The position numbers were made by a program, and so were the translations under genes. 26,127 bases of DNA from Octopus sinensis (Eukaryota): positions 1 through 26,127 of the forward strand of contig NW_021835637.1 of the NCBI RefSeq assembly GCF_006345805.1, read 5' to 3'. Position 1 is the stretch's first letter. Each line of letters starts with the position of its first letter. This document shows, one piece after another, positions 1 through 10,748 of the stretch. Below the pieces are notes generated by a model that was not told where the DNA came from, searched no databases, and saw only the letters and a program-made list of their open reading frames with translations.

Positions 1-445
1 ACGTGCCACTGGCACGGAAGCCAGTTGGCTGCTCTGGCAATGATCACACTGGGTTGGTGCTCTTGGCATCCTACTAGCAGGGGCACAAGTGCCAGTTAGG
101 CAATGCTGGTAACGATCATGCTCGAATGGTGCCCTTTAAATGCCACTGGCACGGAAGCTGGTTAGCCACTCTGTCAATGATCATGCTCATATGGTGCTTT
201 TTGCACCCTGCCAGCACGGACGCCAATCATCGAATTTGATTTTGATTTTGCTTTTGATTGATTTGATTTGATTTCACTTGCCTCAGCAGGTCTTCGCAAG
301 CAGAGTTTTAGTGACCGAAGAAGGAAAAGGTTACGTACAAGTGGGCTGGTTATGCCCCTGGCATAAGCCATGAGATTATGGTTTCATTTGGCTTGCCGGG
401 TCTTCTCATGCATGGCATATTTCCAAAGGTCTCGGTCACTAGTCA
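1..445 (-). mobile_element. RTE-clade LINE 3' end (ORF terminus plus 3' region with ~65-70 bp tandem units); runs off window start
   Basis: Minus strand ~445-385 reads TSDRDLWKYAMHEKTRQAK*, the typical RTE ORF end (DRxxWR-like). Unit gatca(t/c)...tggtgc recurs at ~42, 114 and 178, and tgccactggcacggaag at 4 and 141. The units are the reverse complement of those at 10948-11090. Confidence 0.7.
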
Positions 446-566
446 ATAAATTTAAATAATTAGGGTAAAAAATTGAATATTAATTTGATTGATATCAATT
501 TTAAAGCAGTAGCCTAGCATATTGATAAAATCTGAAGATTCAGAAAAATTATATTGCATACATATA

Positions 567-1130
567 AGAGGGATGACCACTAAATGGACATCCAATATGC
601 TAGATGTGGACCCCATATGGTCAGACCACTTAGAAAAGATTGTTCTCAAGAAAATTCAGCAAATGCCAGAATGTAAACGAGCAAGACAAATGAAAAGATA
701 CAAAATATAATCATTAGTCACGTATTAGGTTTAGTTGTTACCGTTTACATATTTACATATGTAAATGTCCGCAGTTCACCAGTGTGACCTTCGCGCCAAA
801 ATGAAGACTTTTGAAATATACCCCCAAATATAATTGGCAAAACTGTATGCATGTTCCATCTCGTGTGGATGTTTCGTGTATAGTTCTTTGAATTATATTT
901 TCCATGACGGTCACACTGATGAATTGCAGACATTTACGTATGTAAACATGTAAATAGTAACAATGAAACTGGTATGTGACTAATCATTTTATTTTGTATA
1001 TTTTCATTTGTCTTGATTGCTTACATTCTGGCATTTGCTGAATTTTCTTGAGAACAATCTTTTCTAAGTGGTCAGTCCATATGGGGTCTACATCTAGCAT
1101 ATTGGATGTCTACTTAGTCGTCATCCCTCT
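567..1130. mobile_element. Foldback MITE, Tc1/mariner-like, ~222-bp terminal inverted repeats
   Basis: 567-789 is the near reverse complement of 909-1130, with a ~119-bp spacer. Ends are TA|AGAGGGATGAC ... GTCATCCCTCT|TA (TA at 565-566 and 1131-1132), similar to mariner TA|CGAGGG termini. Confidence 0.85.
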
Positions 1131-1142
1131 TATATGTATGTA

Positions 1143-1190
1143 ATATTATTATTATTATCATCATCATTATTATTATTATTATTATTATTA

Positions 1191-1225
<35 letters not shown>

Positions 1226-1226
1226 T

Positions 1227-1263
<37 letters not shown>

Positions 1264-1320
1264 ATATACATACATACACACACGTATGTATATATGTATA
1301 TTTATATATATGTATGTGTT
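1143..1320. repeat. Compound microsatellite (ATT)n/(TA)n/(TG)n
   Basis: Directly visible; explains the low-complexity ORF 1134..1322. Confidence 0.95.
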
Positions 1321-2127
1321 AGTAGATCTTAGATTTCAATGGTTGTTATTGAGAAAATATGGCAATAATTACGCATACTTTTTGAATACAGGCTGAAATA
1401 GGATGGAATTCATACTTGAAAATTTCAGATGTCAATTTACAAAAATTTAAGGAAAAATTTACATAGATGTACACTTGGTACATTGATAAATTAGTTCGAT
1501 AATTTGTTGTAGAAATGTTTTGGAAAATGTCCATAGATCTTCTTGTTGTGTGTCATGGGAATAATTTGTTGTTGAGTAAATGTAAGCGGGCAGATAAATG
1601 GCCATCACTCAAATAAAAATCAAATAAGTGTGCATGTATTTGAAATGGAAGAAATTATTCTGTTGAGTCTAGACCAAGTCTTATGACTGACTAATTGAAG
1701 GAGAGGATGAATTGAGGTAGCAGAGTAACAGTTTACACATGGTTGTTGCTTGAATGGAAATCAAAAGTAGAGATATGGACTTGTGTTAAGTGAAATGTGA
1801 CAAGCCACAGCCAGTAGTTTGAATAAATTTTCATTTGTTTAATATTGTCATACTCTGGATCTGCTGTGTACTAGGTTCTGATTAGCTAAAATATCTGAAT
1901 AGGTAAACTGATTGGATAAAATAATGCAATAATGCACTTGACAATAATGAGTCTAAACTAATCGTGTTGACTGACAGACTACAAGTCTGTCTGTGAGGTA
2001 TATTTTCTGGTTGGTTTCAATAAAACATGTAACAATGTTGGAAATAATGACATCTGCATGAGATTGCTACAAATCGATCTAAAACAATAATGATTCTTAT
2101 AACAACAACATTTCTGATTTAGCTATT

Positions 2128-2323
2128 AGGTCACCAGTTTTAAGGGAGGTAATTTGTCAATGTTATTAATCCGAGTATTTGACTGGTACTTTGTTTTATC
2201 AACTCCAGAAGGATAAAAAGTAAAGTTGACCTTGGTTGGTCTTGAGCTTGAAACCTAAAGAGCTGGAACAAATACTGCAAAGTACTTTTTCAACACTAAC
2301 AATTCTGCAAATTCACTGCCTTA
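2128..2323 (-). mobile_element. tRNA-derived SINE family A, diverged copy
   Basis: Aligns by eye to 7075-7305 (tatcaactccagaaggataaaaagtaaagttgaccttgg vs tatcgaccccgaaaggatgaaaggcaaagtcgacctcgg). Confidence 0.7.
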
Positions 2324-2930
2324 CAAACAATCACCAATAGTAACTGCTGCTGAATGTTCCGACAGACCGGGGGTTTCTGTACCATTAATGAAATCAAGGA
2401 ATTAGCAGAAATCATTCCTCTATTCTGAAAGGAAAATTCAATGTTGCTGGATGAAGCTTTCGTAATTTTAATAATGACAAAGTTGGGTCTTTTCTGTATT
2501 CTTGTGTTTGATATTTAGGGAAGACATTTGGATAGAAAATATTATTGAAACTTACCCAGATGTGGATTAATGAGTTGGTTGAGTAAGATAGGTTGTAGTA
2601 CAACTTTTAATCTCAAGGTGTAGGAGTTCAAGTAACAGGTGAAGAAAGAAAGGCCTGCGTAACATCAATAGGCTTTTTGTTAGCTTTTCTTTTCGATCAA
2701 GATCAAAATTAGAGTTTGGTATTGGTATTTTAGTCCTAGGTCAGTACTGACCCAGAGAAATCACTGATCAAAAAACATACTAGTCATGATCATCACCATC
2801 TCAGACACATTTTATTGTCCAAACATTATTTATTAGTTAATCTAGGACTAAATCCTATATATATTTTTTTCACACACACATGCACATAAATATCTATAAA
2901 GATATATACAGATGCATGAATATATAAATA

Positions 2931-3006
<76 letters not shown>
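2931..3006. repeat. (TG)n(TA)n(CA)n compound microsatellite
   Basis: Directly visible; self-complementary arrangement. Confidence 0.95.
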
Positions 3007-3007
<1 letters not shown>

Positions 3008-3129
3008 GACAGACATGCAAGAAGTAAATAGACACCTTTAATTTTCAAAATTTCTGATCTAAGCATCTTAATGTTTTCATCAGTGTAGAATTTACAATGT
3101 AATTGTTCTTTTTCATTTCAAGTGCCATT

Positions 3130-4255
3130 ATATTAAACATTTGCGAAGAGTAACCATGCTGCACACAAAAAATTCAGTAGAACTGTCAGGTTTTTAAAGA
3201 GGTTGTATTGTTGGGCAATCTGAGGCTGGTCTTGGCTTTTCAGTGATCTTAATGCTGAGTTTGGTCTCCTTCAGAGCTTTCCTAAATCTGTGAGCTAGTT
3301 CTTCATGGGCTGTGGCCTCTACAAACATCACTCCTTGATATTTGTCGGCCTTGTACCATGTGTTCACTCTGTTTGCTTTGTCATGAGCTCTCTGTATCCA
3401 GGGCAGGTACCACTGGTTTCATTGCAAATGATGCTAACTGCTTTCTAACTCCCCTGTATACCTGAATCCTATCTTTTTGGTCATATCTAGAGAATTGCAT
3501 GTGGTGCATGAAGTTCTGTACATGTTTCTTTGTTTGTTTCATAGGGTTGCATAGGGGGTGGGGACATGCTATTCATTATCCTAACTTTGTCTGCTATCAG
3601 TATGTTGATTTTCATGTTGTTTGATAAAGCTAAGTTCTTGTGAACAACATATTTAGAAGCCATGGTTTCATGTAATAGGAGTGGGGGAGCTGCACTCTGT
3701 TGTCACAGTCTCTAACTAAAGTTCAGTATCAAGGACAGAGAGTCTATTGTTAGGGTACCTAGTGGGATAATCTATAGTTACCTTGATACTTCGATGGATG
3801 GAGCTAGCTGTGTGCTGGAAGCTCTCCATGATGCTCCTCTCAGTTTCTACATTACACTTACTAGAGTTTGTCTTAACTAGAATATTAATCTCATCTGCAT
3901 ACCTACAGTAAAGCAAAACAGTTGTGGATTGTTCTGCTAAGTATTGTTTAAGTTTTCTGTCCCACCAGGTCATGAAGATGCCAGCTACATCTCCAGTCAA
4001 ACCGACACCAATGGCTGCACCATGAACCTGCATGTATAGTTGCCTGTTAAACTTAACTATGTGGTTTTTTAAGGTGATTCTTATGCTAGCCCCTATTGCA
4101 TGTGCAGTCAATTTTTCACCTGATTGTTGTTCTAAGGGTCCTTGGTGGGTATGGTCCAGCCACTCCAGCACTCAGTGGTGCTTTTCTTCACTGCCGAAGT
4201 GATAAGGTGATCTTCCCCTCTGTGACCTGGTGAGGCTGAATCTACTATCATGGTT
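3130..4255 (-). pseudogene. Penelope-like retroelement RT/thumb remnant (probably Neptune-like), with stops and frameshifts
   Basis: ORF 3716..4171 carries PLE RT motifs (MQVHGAAIGVGLTGDVAGIFMTWWD; YCRYADE, a decayed YxDD). Broken frames continue as HSYYMKPMASKYVVHKN, HVQNFMHHMQFSRY and WYKADKYQGVMFVEATAHEELAHRFRKALKETKLSIKITEKAKTSL. Clade assignment is inference. Confidence 0.9.
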
Positions 4256-5329
4256 GTCATGAACACACACACACACACAGTCACGTACAGAAGGAGAGAA
4301 AGAGAGTGTGTGTTTGATGTACTACCAAGTCATAGAGCCAACAGAACTGCAGTGAAGGATTTAGTACAACATGTTTCCTTAGATTAATTTTGCTTGTTTT
4401 GTTCCTGAAGACAATTCTTGTCTGAGAGAATTATATTTTTATTCTTCACTTCAATAAACAATATTACATACAACAATGTTAATGATAATCACACTAATCA
4501 ACTCCATGTTGTAACTGCTACTACTACTGCTGCTGCTGTGTATGGAAGTCCGACTTGAGTGTGCTTATCAGCTTCCTTTCCGGATGGTCCTCAGTAAACT
4601 ACCAATTCAATTCAATTCTTTACTTTTGAGTCTCGAGGAGAAAGTGGGGTGTGGTGGTATAGATGAGGGGGTAAGGAATTCGAGCAGTTTCCATTTTACT
4701 CAACATTGTTATATAAAATAACTTAATCAATGCAAGCTGTAGGATAGTGTCGCTTTTGTCATTTGGAAATTGTCTACTGAATAGTTGTTCTTTATCTTGT
4801 ATAGCCAGAGGCAACAGACATGGTAAACTTTCTTACAGTAGTTTATTGAATTGATTGTTGGTTGGTTGTCCAACGGTATTTCCAGAATGGTAATTTATTG
4901 GTGGGCCATCACCACTTCTTTCTTACTGTCTTGAAGCTATCAGGAAATAAGTTACTTATTTCATTGATGTAACAATCTCCATTTGTTAATCACTCTTTCT
5001 GCCTTCATTAAGACACAATGAAAGAAATCTTCACTGGTTATTTGAAACAACACACACTCATGTTGTCATTGTGTCTATCTACATATATATATAGAGAGAG
5101 AGAGATATAAAAACAGTGTGTGATAGTTTTGGTAACTGCATCACAGTATCACTATATTTATGAATGGTATAGTTACTATATGTATGTGTGATATTTATAT
5201 AGTTATTTTATTTATTTAAAGACTGTGTCATATACTCGATACCTAATTGGTATAAAGACATTCTTCCATATAGATATAGCAATTATCAACTTAGCTTCAA
5301 AATGTTTGGTTGAATTCACTGGTAATACC

Positions 5330-5852
5330 AAGTGTTGACAGAAATTTTGATGAGAACACTTCTACCTTGATCCTAGTGTTGATGAATGCCACCTCCTCTA
5401 GGGATGTCAACCTCCACCCCACACCCTGTCAAATGACTGAAGTCAAGAAGTCTCTTCAACCAGGTCCTGCTCTCAGCAACATCTCAGGAAGAAACTAGAT
5501 TCCAGCTTTGGTTGGAAAAGCCCAAGAAAAATTCTTCTCAAACTAATATGAGAAAACCTCCTTATTGTCTCAGAGGCACCATAGATTTAGTGGAAAACAT
5601 TCAACTACCTAAGAATGAGAACAGGATGTTCAAAAGTTGCTTTGGTCAGAGGGTATCACAAGACTAGCCCAACCACCTGTGAATGTGGACAAGCAGATCA
5701 TACTATGGCAATGTCTTCTCTGCCCTCTACTACCTAACACCTGCAACTCAAAAGCCTTTTTGTTAGAGTTCAATAAGAATGCAAAGTACTGTGTAAAGAC
5801 ATGGGGAAACTCTTATGAAACCATTACTTTTTGATGAATTGAAAGAAGTAAC
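5330..5852 (+). mobile_element. Non-LTR retrotransposon 3' fragment, Vingi/Ingi-like (RTEX is an alternative)
   Basis: From 5591: WKTFNYLRMRTGCSKVALVRGYHKTSPTTCECGQADHTM, then after a frameshift CLLCPLLPNTC...EFNKNAKYCVKTWG. This resembles the W-x-x-L-N-R-L-R-T-G plus CECG..QT..H...C zinc-knuckle C-terminus. A decayed RLKSRKS-like motif lies near 5435. Confidence 0.7.
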
Positions 5853-6248
5853 TATCTGTTTGTGTAAAGACTCATAGACATATACAGTTACTGTATCTCC
5901 TATATAGATTTATAGATATAAAAACAATGTCTCATATAGTAACTATCTCTCTGTTGTACACCATACACACAGACATAGCTGATTGTTGATATGCTAATAC
6001 TGTAACAGTACTATAGAGTCAATACTGCATGGTTGTAATTGGATATATCAGGAAAATACCAATAGAATCCTTGTTATTGATCAGTGGAGATTTGTATGAC
6101 AACTAGCTACTAGCAATATGCTTTTTTTATGCTGTTTTATGCTAATTGGGTTTCCCTGTTTGGTGAAGTCACTAATTGTAGTGACTATGTATACAATCTA
6201 TATGTGGATTGATAATATACAGGTTTTGGATGAGGTTTCTGATGACAG

Positions 6249-6249
<1 letters not shown>

Positions 6250-6342
<93 letters not shown>

Positions 6343-6343
6343 T
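6250..6343. repeat. (TA)n(CA)n microsatellite
   Basis: Directly visible. Confidence 0.95.
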
Positions 6344-6624
6344 TCAAGCGCATATACACACAATGTGTTTGTGGTTAGGATTAGATGGGTGTGTGTAGCA
6401 TTTGATTAGGTGCCTGAAAAGGACCAAAACTAGTAGGATTGAGGAGACATAACACATATATTTATAAACATAGTGTCATGTATAGCAGATATCTATATAA
6501 ATACATAGTACTATGGTATTTACTGATGAAGGAGCCACTCTGTTAATATGCAAACTGCTAGAAATAGTAACTAAATATCTTCTAAATCATTGTAGTCTTT
6601 GATGCATTCTTCTACAGTACATAA

Positions 6625-6705
6625 ATGACATGATAATCATCATGCTTTTGATCACAGGTCTGATCAGTTAGGCTTGGCCCAGGGCTAAACAACATCACAC
6701 CACCA
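6625..6705 (-). repeat. Short interspersed repeat family D (related pieces at ~2725-2805 and ~17105-17180, both +)
   Basis: Reverse complement tttagccctgggccaagcctaactgatcagacctgtgatcaaaagcat resembles tttagtcctaggtcagtactgacccagagaaatcactgatcaaaaaacat at ~2727. Confidence 0.4.
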
Positions 6706-6819
6706 GCAATAAGACTTTACAATTTATGGATATGAACATATCCGTTAGAATCTGTGAACTATGTGAATGATGCATTAGGGTATTGGTGTCTTAGGTCCAT
6801 ACCATGGTTTCATTGGAAA

Positions 6820-6980
6820 CCACAGGGATATAGAGTTAAAATATTTACTTTACAACCATGTAGTTCTTGGTTCAATTTCTCTGCTTGATATCTTGGGTAT
6901 TTTCTACCAGAGTCTCAGATTGATCAATAGTTTGTGAGTGGGACTTGGTTGAGGAAAGACCTGTCGTGTGTGTGTGTGTT
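6820..6980 (+). mobile_element. tRNA/CORE-like SINE family B, diverged 5' part
   Basis: aaccatgtagttcttggttcaatt (B-box-like), then ...gtttgtgagtgggacttggttgaggaaagacctgtcgtgtgtg, matching the reverse complement of 19066-19225. Confidence 0.55.
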
Positions 6981-7074
6981 TTATAGGTTTGTGCTTAAGT
7001 ACCCTAAATATGCCCTGAATGAAGGACTCATTACTGATTGTAGAGTGTTTATGCTTACTATTTCAACCTAGTAC

Positions 7075-7305
7075 CTATTTCTTTACTACCCACAAGGGGC
7101 TAAACACAGGGGGGACAAACATGGACAGACATAGGTATTAAGTCGATTACATCGACCCCAGTGCGTAACTGGTACTTAATTTATCGACCCCGAAAGGATG
7201 AAAGGCAAAGTCGACCTCGGCGGAATTTGAACTCAAAACATAGCGGCAGATGAAATACCGCTAAGCATTTCGCCCGGCGTGCTAACGTTTCTGCCAGCTC
7301 GCACC
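7075..7305 (-). mobile_element. tRNA-derived SINE family A, best-preserved (CpG-rich) copy
   Basis: Minus strand has an A-box-like TGGCAGAAACG (~7296-7286) and B-box GAGTTCAAATTCC (7234-7222), followed by gtcgactttgcctttcatcctttcggggtcgataaa, a central domain like those shared among animal SINEs. Four copies occur in the window. Confidence 0.9.
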
Positions 7306-7335
7306 CCTTCCCCATACCAGGTGGCTGTGTGTGTG

Positions 7336-7374
<39 letters not shown>

Positions 7375-8362
7375 TCTAAATTCTTTTAGGTTCCTTCTTT
7401 AACCCTTTCTAATGATATATGCTACTGAAAAGTTTTCATTAATTTCATTTGTTAACTTTGCTGTTATTGATATGGTGTTTGAAATATAAAAGGTTCTTTC
7501 ATAAAATATGATGGAAGGTTTTCATTTAAACATGACGACAGCAAATTTAGAGAGTTGGTAGAGCATCAGTCAAAATAACTTGTGATATTTCATTCTAACT
7601 CTCTGTGCTTGAATTTCAAATCCTACATAGACTGAGGTTAACTTTGTTTTTCCATGGGGTGGTGGGGGATGGGGAATGGAGAATCGATAAAATATCAACT
7701 CAGAGTGGCAGATTAGTGAAATTGTTTATAGGGTGGACAAGCTTCATTCTTACCATTGATTTTCAAAAGAAAAATAAATTTCTAGCAAAATAGAAAAATG
7801 ATACATCAAACTAACATGAAACACTTAGAACCCTGAAGTTTGAGCTATTGTGGAGGCTTCTTCGCCATCAGTAACAACTGGTCAACATTCAACAAGGTCT
7901 GAGAGGCCATAGAATTTATTATATCGTTATCCTTTTGATACAAACCTGCCTGTGATCATCCCTGGTTCTGTGATACAAACTCAGTTTTTTTTTTAATTAA
8001 AACCTTCTCATCAAAATTTCAAGTTAATTTATTTTCTACATACCAGCTGCATAATGACATAATAGTTATTTGAGTAAGTTTATCATTAGTTTCAAAATTT
8101 ATTGAAACAAGATCAATGTATTGCTATAGAAATATAATAACAAAAGTTTGGTGATAATGAAAATTAGGCATTATCTATATGCATGATGCATCACAGATTG
8201 ATGAAATAAGACCTAGCAAAATCTACAGTTAATATTTTTCATTTTTAACACAATGAACCACATTTTACAAAATACTTTTTTCTATTTTTTTTTTTTTGCA
8301 AGCATCATATTCATGCAAAGTTTTGTCATATGAGAGTTTCTTTGCAATGTCATTTTCTAGAG

Positions 8363-8582
8363 ATAATATCTGTTCCAAATTTTGGCACAAGGCCAGCAAG
8401 TTTGAGGAAGGGAGTAAGTTGACTACATAGATCCCAGTTTTCAAATTGTACTTATTTTATTAACACTGAAAGGATGAAAGGCAAAATCAACCTTGGTAGA
8501 ATTTGAACTCACAATTTAAAGATGGATGAAATACCACTAAGTATTTTGTCCAGCAAGCTAACAATTCTGCCAGCTCACCACC
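8363..8582 (-). mobile_element. tRNA-derived SINE family A copy
   Basis: tgaaaggatgaaaggcaaaatcaaccttggtagaatttgaactc...ctgccagctcacc matches 7190-7305. Confidence 0.8.
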
Positions 8583-9199
8583 CTGTTTTTTAGAGCTAAT
8601 ATCAAAACAGAATTTAAGCAGAGTCATAGTAAACCAAAATTTGTTCTTTTCTAAAGGATAAGTTTGAAAAATTCCTTCTGGTTTCCCAGCTCATGACAGA
8701 CATTGTGAAGTACATCTTAAGTGCTGTAATAATATTGAGAACACTTCAGTTAGCTGTTGCTCCCAAACTGACTGAAGAATTTCTCTGTATTGCATTTTGG
8801 ATGACATGTTTTCTTTTCTATTATTAGATTTTCTTAAGTATAAACATTCTTTTGATTATTAATTTATGGTCAGTATCATTTTTGTAATGTATTTTTACTC
8901 AATTTAATGATTGCAGGTAGTGGGCCTTCTGTAACATCATTATATTCCAGAATATATGAGTAGATACTCATACTGAGAGTCTCACCATAGTTGTCTGAGA
9001 TTGATGGAATTCATTAGGGTGCTCTTCCTGTCACCAATCATTATCTGCTCCCAAATCGGATAATATTTTCCAATGGCTGGACATATTTTCGCAAATGTCT
9101 GGAAATGAATGACACCGCTTGTTTGATGGTGACATTCATTTACAACTACATTACAATGTCAAGACAATACAGTTCTATATTTAAGAGAAGAAGAATTAT

Positions 9200-9406
9200 G
9201 TACATTATTTACATTTTTTACAATTGACGGATATTTGTCCTCATTTTGTTTGTTGTTAACACAACGTTTTGGCTAATATACCCTCCAGCCTTCATCAGGT
9301 GTCTTGAGGAAATTCTGAACCTGGGATCTCATTCCTAAGGTATTTTTCGATATTATAATTATTATTATTATTATCATCATTCAGGTCACCACTTCGCCAT
9401 ATGCCT
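9200..9406 (-). mobile_element. Short element: tRNA A-box, (AAT)n, hammerhead-containing tail (copy 1)
   Basis: 9203-9388 is the reverse complement of ~9448-9618. A-box TGGCGAAGTGG at 9399-9389. Confidence 0.75.
9258..9303 (-). ncRNA. Degenerate minimal type-I hammerhead ribozyme (family 1)
   Basis: GACAC CTGATGA A GGCTG gagggtatat TAGCC aAAA CGTT GTGTT. Stems I and II pair, stem III is the palindromic AACGTT, and core GAAA is mutated to AAAA. Confidence 0.75.
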
Positions 9407-9618
9407 AAGGGTTACTAACTCCAAGATTCCGAGTTCGATTCCAGACAGTGACCTGAATAATAATAATAATAATGTCGAAAAATACCTTAGGAATGAGAAC
9501 CCAGGTTCAACATTTCCCTAAGATACCTGATGAAGGCTGGAGAGTATATCAGCCAAAATGTTGTGTTAACAACAAACAAGATGAGGACAAATATCTGTCA
9601 ATTGTAAATAATGTAAAT
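9407..9618 (+). mobile_element. Short element: tRNA B-box, (AAT)n, hammerhead-containing tail (copy 2)
   Basis: B-box GTTCGATTCC at 9433-9442, (AAT)n at ~9456-9472, then a body homologous to copy 1. Confidence 0.75.
9522..9567 (+). ncRNA. Degenerate minimal type-I hammerhead ribozyme (family 1)
   Basis: GATAC CTGATGA(9527-9533) A GGCTG gagagtatat CAGCC aAAA tGTT GTGTT. GAAA>AAAA and CGTT>TGTT are both CpG-type changes. Confidence 0.7.
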
Positions 9619-9868
9619 GTCAAGCGTTCCAATCACATGTATTTGCACTCACTCAGATATATATATAGAAGAAGAAGAAGACAATGGTGATTGTAAGGTT
9701 AAGAGTTTATTATCGACAACAAATTGAACATTATCCCTTACAGCTGTTTCAGTTATACACAGTGAGTTAATTAAATATTAAGTTCATATTTCTGAGCATA
9801 ATATCTTCAGAGGGAACAAAAAGTATACCCTGAAATGTTTTATGTTTGTTTAAGGATTTTTTACAGGA

Positions 9869-9908
<40 letters not shown>

Positions 9909-9956
9909 CATACACATACACACACATGCACACACGCATGCACGCACACACACGCA

Positions 9957-10225
9957 TCATCATTGTCATATGTTCATCTTCCGTGCATGCATGGGTATGA
10001 TGGCTGACAGGAGCTGGTCAGGTAGAAAATCTACCCAAGGCTTCTGTGTCTATTTTGGCCCCTCCTGACACCAACCACTCTGCAGAGTGGACTCAGTGCT
10101 TTTCACGTGACACTAGCACAGGCGAGGGTAGTTTTGGCATGATTTTTACAGCTAGATACCCTTCCAAATGCCAACCACATTGCAGTGCAGATTGGATGCT
10201 TTTAACATGGCACCAGCTCTGGCTG
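9957..10225 (-). mobile_element. RTE-tailed short element (family E), diverged
   Basis: Begins with the (CAT)n tail and ttccgtgcatgcatggg, the reverse complement of the 11205-11260 tail. Two copies of ccttcc/cctcc...ccaaccac, the reverse complement of gtggttggcgttaggaagg. Confidence 0.7.
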
Positions 10226-10679
10226 GCTAACCAAGAAACTCGCACGACAAGGAATTCTGAGTGAGGCAGGGGCATTTGAGGAGGAAAGGTTAGAGTATGA
10301 TTGAGAGACAGAATCAGGTGTCTTGCCACAACTGAGTGGGCATTAAATGAAGTGATCCAGTATCAGATGATGAAAGGTTAGAGTGTAACAGAGAAATAGA
10401 GGCAGAAATAGGTGTCTTGCTATAGAGGAGGTATATTGTTACCCAGTGAGAGAGAGTAGGAAACAGCAAAAGTGTCAGAGGGAGCAGAAGAAAGATATAT
10501 GTATATATACACATATATATCTAGCTATACACACACACACACACACATATATACACAGACCAAAGTAAACACATAAATATGAAACAAGGTAGGAAAAAAT
10601 AGTACTCAAATACCAGAAGTAGAGTAATATGCTTTATTATTATTAAAGCTGCAAAAGCATCACAGAAATATCATAAAAG

Positions 10680-10721
10680 AACTGCTACTCAGAGTTTCAC
10701 ATTCTCGTTTGTCAGACAGTT
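10680..10721 (-). ncRNA. Degenerate minimal type-I hammerhead ribozyme (family 2)
   Basis: AACTGT CTGACaA ACG agaa TGT GAAA CTC t GAG TA GCAGTT. All three stems pair and the GUA cleavage triplet is present; the only core change is G8>A. Confidence 0.75.
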
Positions 10722-10748
10722 TAGATTCTCAATCTAATTGAAAATCTA

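Noticed and set aside
3050-3090. Minus-strand CTGATGA...GAAA just downstream of the Penelope remnant
   Set aside because: No proper stem II adjacent to GAAA and no stem I or III pairing.
6518-6550. CTGATGA A GGAG cca CTCT hammerhead-like half
   Set aside because: Followed by GTTA rather than GAAA; no convincing stem I or III.
7655-7680. G-quadruplex-like run ggggtggtgggggatgggg
   Set aside because: Only three tracts of three or more G, isolated, with no supporting context.
7845-7952. Minus-strand peptide GLYQKDNDIINSMASQTLLNVDQLLLMAKKPPQ* as a terminal exon
   Set aside because: Usable acceptors lack a pyrimidine tract, the better upstream acceptor brings an in-frame TGA, and the protein is not recognised.
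9421-9445. Bona fide tRNA gene
   Set aside because: Only B-box and anticodon-arm remnants; no complete cloverleaf. It is a SINE-type head.
9735-9775. Minus GAAACAGCTGTA (hammerhead 3' half with palindromic stem III)
   Set aside because: CUGANGA core is absent; at most a heavily decayed remnant.
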